In this document: piece by piece, positions 33,578-42,400 of the stretch
How the letters are laid out: every line of letters begins with the position of its first letter
Position numbering within the stretch: position 1 is the stretch's first letter
NCBI GenBank assembly: GCA_002310015.1
Contig: DBYQ01000058.1
Span: 1 to 63,380, forward strand
Origin: Bacteroidales bacterium UBA1182
GTDB taxonomy: Bacteria > Bacteroidota > Bacteroidia > Bacteroidales > Bacteroidaceae
DNA length: 63,380 bases
Reading direction: 5' to 3'
Position numbers and translations under genes: made by a program
The notes under the pieces: generated by a model
What the model saw: the letters and a program-made list of their open reading frames with translations, nothing else
The model's database searches: none
Told to the model about the DNA's origin: nothing

Positions 33578-35902
33578 ATGAAGAAGCTTTTGACGTTTAC
33601 AGTCCTGCTTGGTGCGGGGCTGATTGTATTTGGTTGCAAGGGGGATCCTACATTGCCTCGTGATGTTAAGAATTACGATGATCCGCTCATGCAGCATGAG
33701 AAAGAGATATCGGGCATAATAAGCAAGATGACACTTGAGGAGAAGGTGGCAATGCTGCACGGCAAGCATATGTTTACATCTGAGGGTGTTCCGTCACAGG
33801 GTATTGCCGATATGGTTTATGCCGACGGTCCCTTTGGTATCCGTGAGGAGATGGAACCTCATTCATGGAACTCTCTGCATCTTACTACAGACTCTGCCAC
33901 TTTCTTCCCTACAGGATCGGCCCTGGCTGCAACCTGGAGTGATGGGATAGCTTATCTTTATGGAACAGGTATGGCCCGTGAGGCCCGTCTGCGTGGTAAG
34001 GATATGATTTTAGGACCTGCTATCAATATCCAGCGTATTCCTACCGGCGGACGTACATACGAGTATCTGAGTGAGGATCCGTATCTGAGTTCAGTGCTGT
34101 CAGTAGCATATACCAAAGGTGTTCAGAACAACGGCGTGGCTGTTTGTGTAAAGCATTTTGCACTGAATAACCAGGAGACCAACCGCGGTAGTGTGAACGT
34201 TATTGTAAGCCCGCGTGCCATGCGTGAGATATATCTGCCTCCGTTTGAGGCAACAGTGGTTGAGGGTAACGCATTCGGTGTGATGTCGGCTTACAACAAG
34301 ATCAACGGTTACTGGTGTGCCGAGAACTATGAGTTGCTTAACTCTATCCTGCGTAAGGACTGGGGATTCAAGGGTATGGTGATATCAGACTGGGGCGGCA
34401 CTCACAGCACTGTCGAGTCTGTCGTTGCCGGTCTGAACGTGGAGATGCCTAACTCTCAGTATCTGGGCCAGGCTCTGCTGGATTCAGTTGCAGCCGGTGC
34501 TGTGTCTGAGGATGTTATCGATGAGCGTGTGCGTGAGATTCTGCGCGTGCGCCTGGCTGTTGACCCGGTCCCTGAGAATAAGGCAAATGTTGAGATGACT
34601 GCCAAACCTGAGCAGGCTCAGATTGCATATCAGGTGGCTTTACAGTCTATAGTTCTGCTTAAGAATGAAGGCAGTCTGTTGCCTATAGATTTGAATAAGG
34701 TCAAGACTATTGCCGTAATAGGTGATAATGCCGACAAGATTATGGCTACAGGTGGAGTAGGTGCCGGTGTAAAGGCTCTGTATGAGATTACTCCTCTGGC
34801 CGGTCTTAAGAACCGTATTGGTGATAAGGCCAAGATTGTTTATGCCCAGGGTTATACTTCACAGCAGGCTCGCGGTGGATTTGGAGGATTCGGTGGTGGT
34901 TTTGGCGGTTTTGGCCGTCGTGGCGGTGCTACTGCTACTCCCGCTAAGCCTGACGATACTGCCAAGAAGCTGCAGGATGAGGCTGTAAAGGTAGCCAAGA
35001 GTGCCGATATGGTGCTGTTCATCGGTGGTGATAACCGTTCACATGAGACTGAGGGTAGTGACCGCCGCAGCATGGATCTGCCTTATAATCAGGAAAATGT
35101 GCTTGAGGCAGTAGCTAAGGTCAATCCCAACGTGGTATTCATTGCAGTTGCAGGCGCTCCGGTTGACCTTAACCGTGTTCAGGCCTGCTGTCCTGCAATT
35201 GTCCAGTCATGGTTTAACGGTACAGAGGGTGGCAATGCTTTGGCTGATATTCTTACGGGTGAGTCTTCACCGAGCGGCCGTCTGCCTTTCTCATATCCCT
35301 TCAATCTTGAGGACAGCCCCGCATATGCCACAGGCAGTTTTCCGCAGACCGATGCTCCCGTAAATCAGGATGTATTTGTATCACTGGTTCAGGAGGACAG
35401 CAAGGCTGAGGAGATGCTTAAAGGCGCTACCGGTCGTGGCACAGCTCTCTACAGCGAGGACATGCTGGTGGGTTACCGCTGGTTTGATACCAAGCAGAAG
35501 CCGGTGATGTATCCTTTCGGTTACGGACTGGGTTATTCTGAGATTGAGTATTCAGACTTTGCCGCAGACAAGAGTGAATATCGTGACGGTGAAGTAATTA
35601 CAGTGACATTAAAGGCCCATAATAAAGGCAAATATGTACAGTGTGATGTTCCGCAGGTATATGTACACCGTGTTGATTCAAAGATAGAATGGCCTTACAA
35701 GGAGCTTAAGGGATTCACTAAGACAGTGATTTATATTAATCCGGATCCCACCGATGTGGAAATAAAAATACCGGTTGAGTCACTCAAGTACTGGGATGAG
35801 GCCAAACATGATTGGGTTCTGGAGCCCGGTAAGATTGAACTGCTGCTGGCTCATGATGCCGGCAATGTGGCAGGCAAAGTTGAATTGAGAATTGAGAATT
35901 GA
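33578..35902 (+). CDS. glycoside hydrolase family 3 (beta-glucosidase-like) lipoprotein
   Basis: GPAINIQRIPTGGRTYEYLSEDPYL, KHFALNNQE and VISDWGG (nucleophile Asp). The inter-domain linker contains ARGGFGGFGGGFGGFGRRGG. The C-terminus LRIEN and the stop are encoded by a heptamer array. Confidence 0.85.
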   Translation: MKKLLTFTVLLGAGLIVFGCKGDPTLPRDVKNYDDPLMQHEKEISGIISKMTLEEKVAMLHGKHMFTSEGVPSQGIADMVYADGPFGIREEMEPHSWNSLHLTTDSATFFPTGSALAATWSDGIAYLYGTGMAREARLRGKDMILGPAINIQRIPTGGRTYEYLSEDPYLSSVLSVAYTKGVQNNGVAVCVKHFALNNQETNRGSVNVIVSPRAMREIYLPPFEATVVEGNAFGVMSAYNKINGYWCAENYELLNSILRKDWGFKGMVISDWGGTHSTVESVVAGLNVEMPNSQYLGQALLDSVAAGAVSEDVIDERVREILRVRLAVDPVPENKANVEMTAKPEQAQIAYQVALQSIVLLKNEGSLLPIDLNKVKTIAVIGDNADKIMATGGVGAGVKALYEITPLAGLKNRIGDKAKIVYAQGYTSQQARGGFGGFGGGFGGFGRRGGATATPAKPDDTAKKLQDEAVKVAKSADMVLFIGGDNRSHETEGSDRRSMDLPYNQENVLEAVAKVNPNVVFIAVAGAPVDLNRVQACCPAIVQSWFNGTEGGNALADILTGESSPSGRLPFSYPFNLEDSPAYATGSFPQTDAPVNQDVFVSLVQEDSKAEEMLKGATGRGTALYSEDMLVGYRWFDTKQKPVMYPFGYGLGYSEIEYSDFAADKSEYRDGEVITVTLKAHNKGKYVQCDVPQVYVHRVDSKIEWPYKELKGFTKTVIYINPDPTDVEIKIPVESLKYWDEAKHDWVLEPGKIELLLAHDAGNVAGKVELRIEN

Positions 35903-36017
35903 AAATTCTTGGAGCAGTGAGAGGAGAGACTAAGCTCGCTTAGGCTATCCCGAGTCGCGACAAGAATCATGGAACGAAGTGACATAATTGAGAATTGAGT
36001 TTTCAGTTTTGCAATTT
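35883..36017. repeat. heptamer-flanked cassette H7 (module B)
   Basis: aattgagaattgagaattgaaaatt, then cttggagcagtgagaggagagactaagctcgcttaggctatcccgagtcgcgacaagaatcatggaacgaagtgacat, then aattgagaattgag and degenerate ttttcagttttgcaattt. Confidence 0.9.
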
Positions 36018-36785
36018 AAGCATGTAGAAACAAGATGTAGTGAAGAAATCACGCAGGTAGGGTATGGCACCAACCCAACGCCACAGCCTGCGCGGCTTCA
36101 GGTGGAACTTGGTCTCATAGTGCGGATTGATGAAATAAAGACGGCGGTCAAGGATGCTGAACGGCGTGTTCTTAACCACACGCTCAAATTTCTCAACAGG
36201 ACATTTGCAGCATTTGATATCCATAAGGTCATTGATACGGTTCTGGCTCTCCTTGAAGAGTTTAAGGATAAAACGGTACAGGAACCTGGGCAGCAGGTGT
36301 ATCCATGGCAGATGTGACAGGATGCGGCTTTTACACATCTGCTGATGGCCGCCAAAAGGCATCTGCCAGGCCGGAAATGACATGAACATATATCCGCCGG
36401 GCTTGAGCATCAGCTCACATTTTGCTATGAACTCTTTTTTATCAAAGATGTGTTCAATTACGTCATGACATACTATGAGATCAAACTCATGCTCCAGTTC
36501 CTTAACCTTGAATACATCCTGGGCAATGAATCGGCCATCGGCCCCTTCTTCTGCAAAAATGCTGGTGGCTGCGGCTATCTTCTTGGAGTCCAAATCAACG
36601 CCAACCACACTGCATCCCTTGCGTGCAAAGGGGAGCAGGATACCACCTTCACCACAGCCTATCTCAAGTACCTTCAATCCCTCAGTTATCTTGATGAAAC
36701 CATCTATGTAGGGTAGGAAAAATTTCTGGCCCGTAATGACTAATTCATTGAAATATTGACGGTTATCAAAATGTCTGGATTGCAT
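36003..36785 (-). CDS. class I SAM-dependent methyltransferase
   Basis: VLEIGCGEGGILLPFARKGCSVVGVDLD motif I. The last codons KLQN and the stop lie in the degenerate heptamer arm. Confidence 0.8.
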   Translation of the reverse strand: MQSRHFDNRQYFNELVITGQKFFLPYIDGFIKITEGLKVLEIGCGEGGILLPFARKGCSVVGVDLDSKKIAAATSIFAEEGADGRFIAQDVFKVKELEHEFDLIVCHDVIEHIFDKKEFIAKCELMLKPGGYMFMSFPAWQMPFGGHQQMCKSRILSHLPWIHLLPRFLYRFILKLFKESQNRINDLMDIKCCKCPVEKFERVVKNTPFSILDRRLYFINPHYETKFHLKPRRLWRWVGAIPYLRDFFTTSCFYMLKLQN

Positions 36786-36870
36786 GTCAGATGCGGTTTT
36801 GTTTGATTGTTTGCGAAGGTAGTAATTTTTATTAATTTCGCGCCGAAATCAAATAAAAAAAGATATAGGG

Positions 36871-37605
36871 ATGGCTATCAGGAAGCAGGTTCATACATAT
36901 GTGGTAAAGAGCTTTGAATGTGACAGGAAGGATACTTTAAGACTGCTTACGCTACTTAATCTGTTCCAGGATATTGCCGATGACAGCGCCAACGAAATAG
37001 GCATCGGATATGATTATCTGCGCACAGTAGGCAAGGCATGGATCCTGATAGCCATGAATGTGGAGATAGACCGCATGCCGCATCTTCAGGAGGAGATTAC
37101 TGTAAAGAGTTGGCCGTCGGATACATCGGCCCTATATACGGAGCGTGAGTTTGAGGTGTGGAGCGCTGACGGAGAGCGTATAATACGTGCCTGCAGCCAA
37201 TGGATAGTGATTGATTTCAATACACGCCGCCCGGTACATCTCAAGGAGTGGCTGCCTGAGTATGAGCCTATCCGTGAAAAAGTCATTCTTGAGGGCCGGT
37301 TCCCTAAACTTCCGGCAGTGGAGCGTGATGACTATACTGAGCAGTTCCTGGTGCGATATGATGACATAGACCGCAACAACCACGTAAACAATGCCATCTA
37401 CTCTCTATGGGCCAGCGAGAGCCTGCAACCTGAGTTCCGTCTTGACCGTGAGCCGGCCAGCATAGAGATAAACTTCAAGAAGGAGGGGCTGTTTGGTGAG
37501 AAGATAAAGGTACACACCCAGATGGATGGAGAGACCTCACTGCACAGCATTCAGGCTATTGAAGATGGCCGTGAACTGGCCCGGGTACGCTTTACGTGGC
37601 GGTGA
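36871..37605 (+). CDS. acyl-ACP thioesterase
   Basis: Double hot-dog layout. HTYVVKSFECD and RYDDIDRNNHVNNAIY blocks as in FatA/B-like bacterial thioesterases. Confidence 0.7.
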   Translation: MAIRKQVHTYVVKSFECDRKDTLRLLTLLNLFQDIADDSANEIGIGYDYLRTVGKAWILIAMNVEIDRMPHLQEEITVKSWPSDTSALYTEREFEVWSADGERIIRACSQWIVIDFNTRRPVHLKEWLPEYEPIREKVILEGRFPKLPAVERDDYTEQFLVRYDDIDRNNHVNNAIYSLWASESLQPEFRLDREPASIEINFKKEGLFGEKIKVHTQMDGETSLHSIQAIEDGRELARVRFTWR

Positions 37606-37608
37606 GTA

Positions 37609-38373
37609 TTAGCCGACATTCCATGCCAGGCTCTCGTGAACGGTTTCAAAGGATTCAACATGTGCCTTCAGCTTCAACTTCTGCAGGGCATTCACGTCCT
37701 TACCGGTAAGGACTTTAGCATCAAGGGCTTTGCGGAAGAGAGAGAGACGGTGAAGGTCTGAGCCGTAGAAATCATATTTATCTTCCCACAGGAGGTGACG
37801 GGCTTTTACAGCCGCTTCTTCACCGTACATGCCGGTAAGGGACATTATGCTCAACTGGAACTGTACGCCCATATCCTTGAGCCGGTCATAATCCTTGACA
37901 TTCATGTAGAAATAACGTTCTGGATGGGCCAGGACGGGGAAAAGGCCGTGACTGCGTATCTGGTCAAGGGTATCATACAGATGCATGGGCGGATTGAAAT
38001 ATGATGTCTCTACCAGCAGATGTGTGCCATCTCCCATGGTGAGCAGGTCATCATCACTGAAACGCTGTTCAAATGTGGAGTCAATCATATTCTCTGAAGC
38101 CAGATGCATGATGAGAGAGCCATTGTAGGCGGCACGCAACTTATTGTATCCCTGACGCAGAGAATGGGTTGAATTGGGAAAGTCATCCATGATATGAGGT
38201 GTAAGCCATACCTCAGTCACGCCGGCCTCCTCAAAGTAGGAGAGTGCAGCCAGGGATTTCTCAAGATTCCTGACGCCGTCATCCACTCCCGGGAGGATAT
38301 GGCAGTGATAATCTACGGATCCATTAAGGAATCCTATTTCATCTAATGAGTAATGATGGGAAAAGGGCCACAT
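37609..38373 (-). CDS. capsule tyrosine-protein phosphatase, CpsB/CapC (PHP) family
   Basis: DYHCHILPGVDDG N-terminal motif and LAHPERY. Confidence 0.8.
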   Translation of the reverse strand: MWPFSHHYSLDEIGFLNGSVDYHCHILPGVDDGVRNLEKSLAALSYFEEAGVTEVWLTPHIMDDFPNSTHSLRQGYNKLRAAYNGSLIMHLASENMIDSTFEQRFSDDDLLTMGDGTHLLVETSYFNPPMHLYDTLDQIRSHGLFPVLAHPERYFYMNVKDYDRLKDMGVQFQLSIMSLTGMYGEEAAVKARHLLWEDKYDFYGSDLHRLSLFRKALDAKVLTGKDVNALQKLKLKAHVESFETVHESLAWNVG

Positions 38374-38376
38374 ATG

Positions 38377-40845
38377 CTATGCTTCTTCTTCAGATGATCC
38401 GTAAGTGTGATAACCATAACCATAGCTATATCCATATTTGCCGTAGCCATAACCGTATTTATAACCATAATGGCCGATTCTTTCAGTGCCATTGAGAACT
38501 ACACTGATGTTGTTGTAGCGCTTGGAGGTGTAATAATGATCCAGCTGCGGCAGCATGGCACGCTCAGTAAGGCCAGCCATAACCACTAAGATGCAGGAGT
38601 CAGCCAGCGGTGCCACCACGTCAGGGTCAGTAACAATACCAATGGGCGGGCAGTCCAGGAAGATGTAGTCATAATGTGAACGGAGAGCATCCAGCATCTT
38701 GCCAAGGCGCGGCTCAGCCAGCAGCTCGGCAGGATTGGGCGGCATCATACCTACGGGCATGATGTCAAGGGAACTTCCTTCAACATCATGGACAATGAGC
38801 GACTCAAAATCATCAGTCTTGCCGCTAAGATAATCGGCAACACCTTTCTTGGGTTTATCTACCAGAAGACTGAGCGTGAGTTTTCTCAAGTCAAGGTCTA
38901 TAACCAGCACACGGCGGTTCTTGACGGCCAGGGCTGCAGGCAGGTTGGTTGAGATGAATGTCTTTCCGGAATTTACATTGAATGAGGTGACCATTATCAC
39001 CTGGCTTCCGTTATCTGTACTGCGCATGAATTCCAGATTGGTACGCACTACGCGGAAAGCCTCGTTGACAACGTTACGGCTATGTTCTTTTACTACTATC
39101 TCACGTTTCTTTTCCTCATACGTGCTCTTGCCGGCAACGGTACGGATCCAGGCCAATGCCCTTTCATGGAAATGCTTCTTGGCTGAAATGGATGGGATCT
39201 CTCCAAGGAAAGGTACGGAGAGGTTTTCCATGTCTTTTCTGCCACGGACTGTTGTATTCAGGACCTCACGCAGATAGAGGAAGCCGAAAGGCATGGCTAG
39301 TCCAAGGATAAGAGCCGCCAGAAGAATCATCTTCTTATTGGGGGCGACAGGAGAGGAGGAGCCTCCCGGAGAAGCGATGAGACGGGTGGTATAGGCTGTA
39401 AATGCCTGTGACAGCTCATTCTCCTCACGCTTCTGGAGCAGGAATATGTAGAGTGCCTCCTTTACCTTCTGCTGGCGTTCATCGGACAGAATCTCACCGG
39501 CCTGGCGCGGCACGGCAATGACTCTGGCATCAAAATCATGCTGTACCTGCTCTGTAGAGCGGATCTGGATGTTGAGTGACTTGATGTAGTTGTCAAGGGA
39601 TGTAAGGATGGCCTGACGGAGGGAGGCCATCTGTCCGTCCAGGTCTTTAACCAAAAGGTTGTCCTCACTGGAGTTCTCAGCCAGACGGTTGCGTTGAAGC
39701 ATATCGGTATTGAACTGGGTAATCAGCGACTGGGTATTGGCATCGCTGAGACCTACGTTGGCAGGGAGGAGCGCTCCGGCCGATGCGCCAAGGACATCAG
39801 AGCGGAGGATATGGGCTATTGACAACTGGTTGTTAAGGTCTATCAACAGTTTGCCGGCCTCAGTGGAAAGCTGCATATCCTGCGATACGGCGTTGTTGTC
39901 AGGAAGGCGGTGTGAGCTACGGAATGAGACGATGGTCTTGTCAACCGAGCCAAGTTCCTGCTCAATGATACTGAGACGCTCGTTGATGAACTCATTGGCT
40001 GAGGTGGAGATGATATTCTTATCCTTGATCCAGTTCTCATTATATACGTTGATGACCATCCACAGGATGTCATCGGCCCTTTGGATGATAACGTCCTTGT
40101 AGGTGAGTTCTATGACAGTGGTGTTCTTGCCTGAGAGGGATGCCGTGAGACTGCTCATGCATCTGTTTGTGGCGGCACGATAACCTACACGGTTAACATA
40201 GATGGGGTCTGTAAATTCCTGTTGTGCAAACGTGAATGCCCGTTCCACTACAATACGGCCCGCAGGCGTATCGGTGGTATCTCCGTATGCGACTAAGAGC
40301 GTGGTCTCTTCATCCTTTACCTTATCCTTGGTAAAGTGGGACAGGATGACGTGTGAAGAATCAGAAGGAGTTACTGTGAGCGATGCCGGTTCATTGAACT
40401 CTACAGAGAGGAACCTTACCTTGATGGGCAGGTTATTGCCATAACGGGGAATGCTGTGAAAGGTGCCTTTTGAGCTGTAGCTTACGTCCAGGTCAAGGTT
40501 GCGCACCACTGACATCATCAGGTCAGGTGACTGGAAATTGACAAGCTCATTGTTCACGTTCACGCGGCTAACGCCGAAACCCAGATCTGAAAAAGAGGAG
40601 GTGACATCCAGGGCCGATGAGCTTTTCATGTCTTCCTTTATAAGGATGGATGCACTGCGGCTATAGACGGGCGTATAATGGAGGACATAAAGTATTCCGG
40701 CCAACAGGCATACAACGGCAGATAGGACAAACCATTTCCAATGGTCCAGGACGATGACCAAAATGTCACGGAGCGTAAGCCCGCTATTATCTCCCAGGGT
40801 ATCAGTCTGTATGTTGTTTAGGGAATTGGGATAGTTATTATCCAT
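38377..40845 (-). CDS. polysaccharide biosynthesis tyrosine autokinase (Wzc-like)
   Basis: Wzz domain with two TM segments. Walker A SFNVNSGKTF, Walker B VLVIDLDLR, and a Tyr-rich tail GHYGYKYGYGYGKYGYSYGYGYHTYG. Confidence 0.85.
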   Translation of the reverse strand: MDNNYPNSLNNIQTDTLGDNSGLTLRDILVIVLDHWKWFVLSAVVCLLAGILYVLHYTPVYSRSASILIKEDMKSSSALDVTSSFSDLGFGVSRVNVNNELVNFQSPDLMMSVVRNLDLDVSYSSKGTFHSIPRYGNNLPIKVRFLSVEFNEPASLTVTPSDSSHVILSHFTKDKVKDEETTLLVAYGDTTDTPAGRIVVERAFTFAQQEFTDPIYVNRVGYRAATNRCMSSLTASLSGKNTTVIELTYKDVIIQRADDILWMVINVYNENWIKDKNIISTSANEFINERLSIIEQELGSVDKTIVSFRSSHRLPDNNAVSQDMQLSTEAGKLLIDLNNQLSIAHILRSDVLGASAGALLPANVGLSDANTQSLITQFNTDMLQRNRLAENSSEDNLLVKDLDGQMASLRQAILTSLDNYIKSLNIQIRSTEQVQHDFDARVIAVPRQAGEILSDERQQKVKEALYIFLLQKREENELSQAFTAYTTRLIASPGGSSSPVAPNKKMILLAALILGLAMPFGFLYLREVLNTTVRGRKDMENLSVPFLGEIPSISAKKHFHERALAWIRTVAGKSTYEEKKREIVVKEHSRNVVNEAFRVVRTNLEFMRSTDNGSQVIMVTSFNVNSGKTFISTNLPAALAVKNRRVLVIDLDLRKLTLSLLVDKPKKGVADYLSGKTDDFESLIVHDVEGSSLDIMPVGMMPPNPAELLAEPRLGKMLDALRSHYDYIFLDCPPIGIVTDPDVVAPLADSCILVVMAGLTERAMLPQLDHYYTSKRYNNISVVLNGTERIGHYGYKYGYGYGKYGYSYGYGYHTYGSSEEEA

Positions 40846-40856
40846 AGTATAATCTA

Positions 40857-41711
40857 TTATCTTATCACGCTGACGAGTAATGTAACAATTGAGGTGGCAA
40901 GAGAGCTGAGGGATATCCAGAATGAGGTGGAACGGACATTGTTGCCGTTGATGGTGGATTCACGCTGCCGCTTCTCATTGGGCGTTACATATATGACATC
41001 GCCCTGCTGTACATAGAATGCGGGCGAAGCATATATCTGTTCTATATCCAGCAGATTGAGCCTGTACAGGACGTCATGCTCCACCTCGTGACGCACCAGG
41101 GCCACATCTTCCCTTTGTCCGTTTATGGTCAGGTCACCGGCCAGACTAAGCGCATCAAATAGGGTGAAACGGTCACGGTCAATCTTATAACGTCCGGGTC
41201 TGGAGACCTCGCCCAGCACCGAGAATCCCAGGTTCATGAATTCAACAATCACTACGGGATCCTTGATCTGACGGCTTTTTATGAGAAGTGTTTTGATGGA
41301 GTTCTCAGCCTCTTCACGTGTGAGGCCTGCCAGATGAATCTTGCCAAGCACCGGAAAATCAATGTCTCCATGGGAATCGACCGTATAACCGGATATGCTT
41401 TGTGAATTGGCACTCATGTTTCCGCCTGTGCCCGTAAGAGACTGTGATTCAGCCAGACGCTTACCGTAATACGGAAGGTTGAACATGGATGCCACTTGCG
41501 GATCACGGCTATTGACCACAATTGAAATCTGGTCAGTGGGTTGGAGACGGATGTAATCAACTTTAAGGGGAGTCAGCTCTGCGTTATGAGGCGCATCCTG
41601 GAAGTAGACAATATTTGCCGGAGTGCTGCAGGCGACAAGAAGGGCTAACCCTAACAAAATAGGAATAGTCCGGATAAAACCGGAACAGGTATATAACAAC
41701 TGTTTGACCAT
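40857..41711 (-). CDS. polysaccharide export protein (Wza-like, Poly_export plus SLBB)
   Basis: Lipobox LLVACS. YRLQPTDQISIVV-type Poly_export region and an SLBB block GDVIYVTPNE. ATG at 41711 preferred over TTG at 41723. Confidence 0.75.
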   Translation of the reverse strand: MVKQLLYTCSGFIRTIPILLGLALLVACSTPANIVYFQDAPHNAELTPLKVDYIRLQPTDQISIVVNSRDPQVASMFNLPYYGKRLAESQSLTGTGGNMSANSQSISGYTVDSHGDIDFPVLGKIHLAGLTREEAENSIKTLLIKSRQIKDPVVIVEFMNLGFSVLGEVSRPGRYKIDRDRFTLFDALSLAGDLTINGQREDVALVRHEVEHDVLYRLNLLDIEQIYASPAFYVQQGDVIYVTPNEKRQRESTINGNNVRSTSFWISLSSLATSIVTLLVSVIR

Positions 41712-41880
41712 ATTATGGTACAATCAATAATTGGAATTGGACAAATGGTTAGAGCAACAGATTATGTTATAATCAATTACAACTAACCGGACTTAACTTG
41801 TTTACAGCTTCAAAAAATAAATTGGCGCGAAATTATAAAAAAACTCCAAACATGTAATACGTTGGTAGTCTATTTAATAT

Positions 41881-42357
41881 TTATTCACCTTCAACTTTGC
41901 AGCCTGAAGCGGGGAAGACTTTATCGTCCAGCTTGAACTTGGGTGTGCAGAAGTAGATGAGCTCTGCGCGGGTGAGGACGGTGTTATCGGCATCCATTAA
42001 TTCGGCCTCGATGAACGCTACGTTACGCATCATCTTTGTTATGTGTGCGCGGACGGTAATCTCATCCAACAAGGTGCTGACGGGTTTGAGGTACTCCATG
42101 TTCATCTTTGAGGTGACGCCGTTGGTCTGGAGCTTGCGGCATACCACCCAGCCGGCGGTCTCGTCTATCAGGAGAGCCTGAAGACCTCCGTGCAGGGTGT
42201 TCTGCCAGCTCTCGTAATCATGTGTGGGGTGGAACTTGGTAACTATGTAGTCACCGTCTTCCCAGAACTCCAGATGGAGTCCGATGGGGTTTGTGGGGCA
42301 GCATACAAAGCAGTTGTAACCTTCTGTGCCTATCCAAGGGTTAATTATCTTTTTCAT
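41881..42357 (-). CDS. PaaI-family hot-dog thioesterase
   Basis: N-terminal CFVCCPTNPIGL and the HGGLQALLIDETAGW hot-dog motif. Confidence 0.7.
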   Translation of the reverse strand: MKKIINPWIGTEGYNCFVCCPTNPIGLHLEFWEDGDYIVTKFHPTHDYESWQNTLHGGLQALLIDETAGWVVCRKLQTNGVTSKMNMEYLKPVSTLLDEITVRAHITKMMRNVAFIEAELMDADNTVLTRAELIYFCTPKFKLDDKVFPASGCKVEGE

Positions 42358-42371
42358 ATTTCATCATTTTA

Positions 42372-42400
42372 GTACAAAAGGGGTCAGACCCCAATTGTAT
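42372..42400. repeat. single REP unit
   Basis: gtacaaaaggggtcagaccccaattgtat between the acyl-CoA ligase stop and the thioesterase start. The ligase TGA stop lies in its tcatttt flank. Confidence 0.9.

Noticed and set aside
38377-38480. Tyr/Gly-rich C-terminal tail of the Wzc-like kinase, considered as another unusual low-complexity module
   Set aside because: A C-terminal tyrosine cluster is the normal autophosphorylation site of BY-kinases and is not related to the GGF modules.
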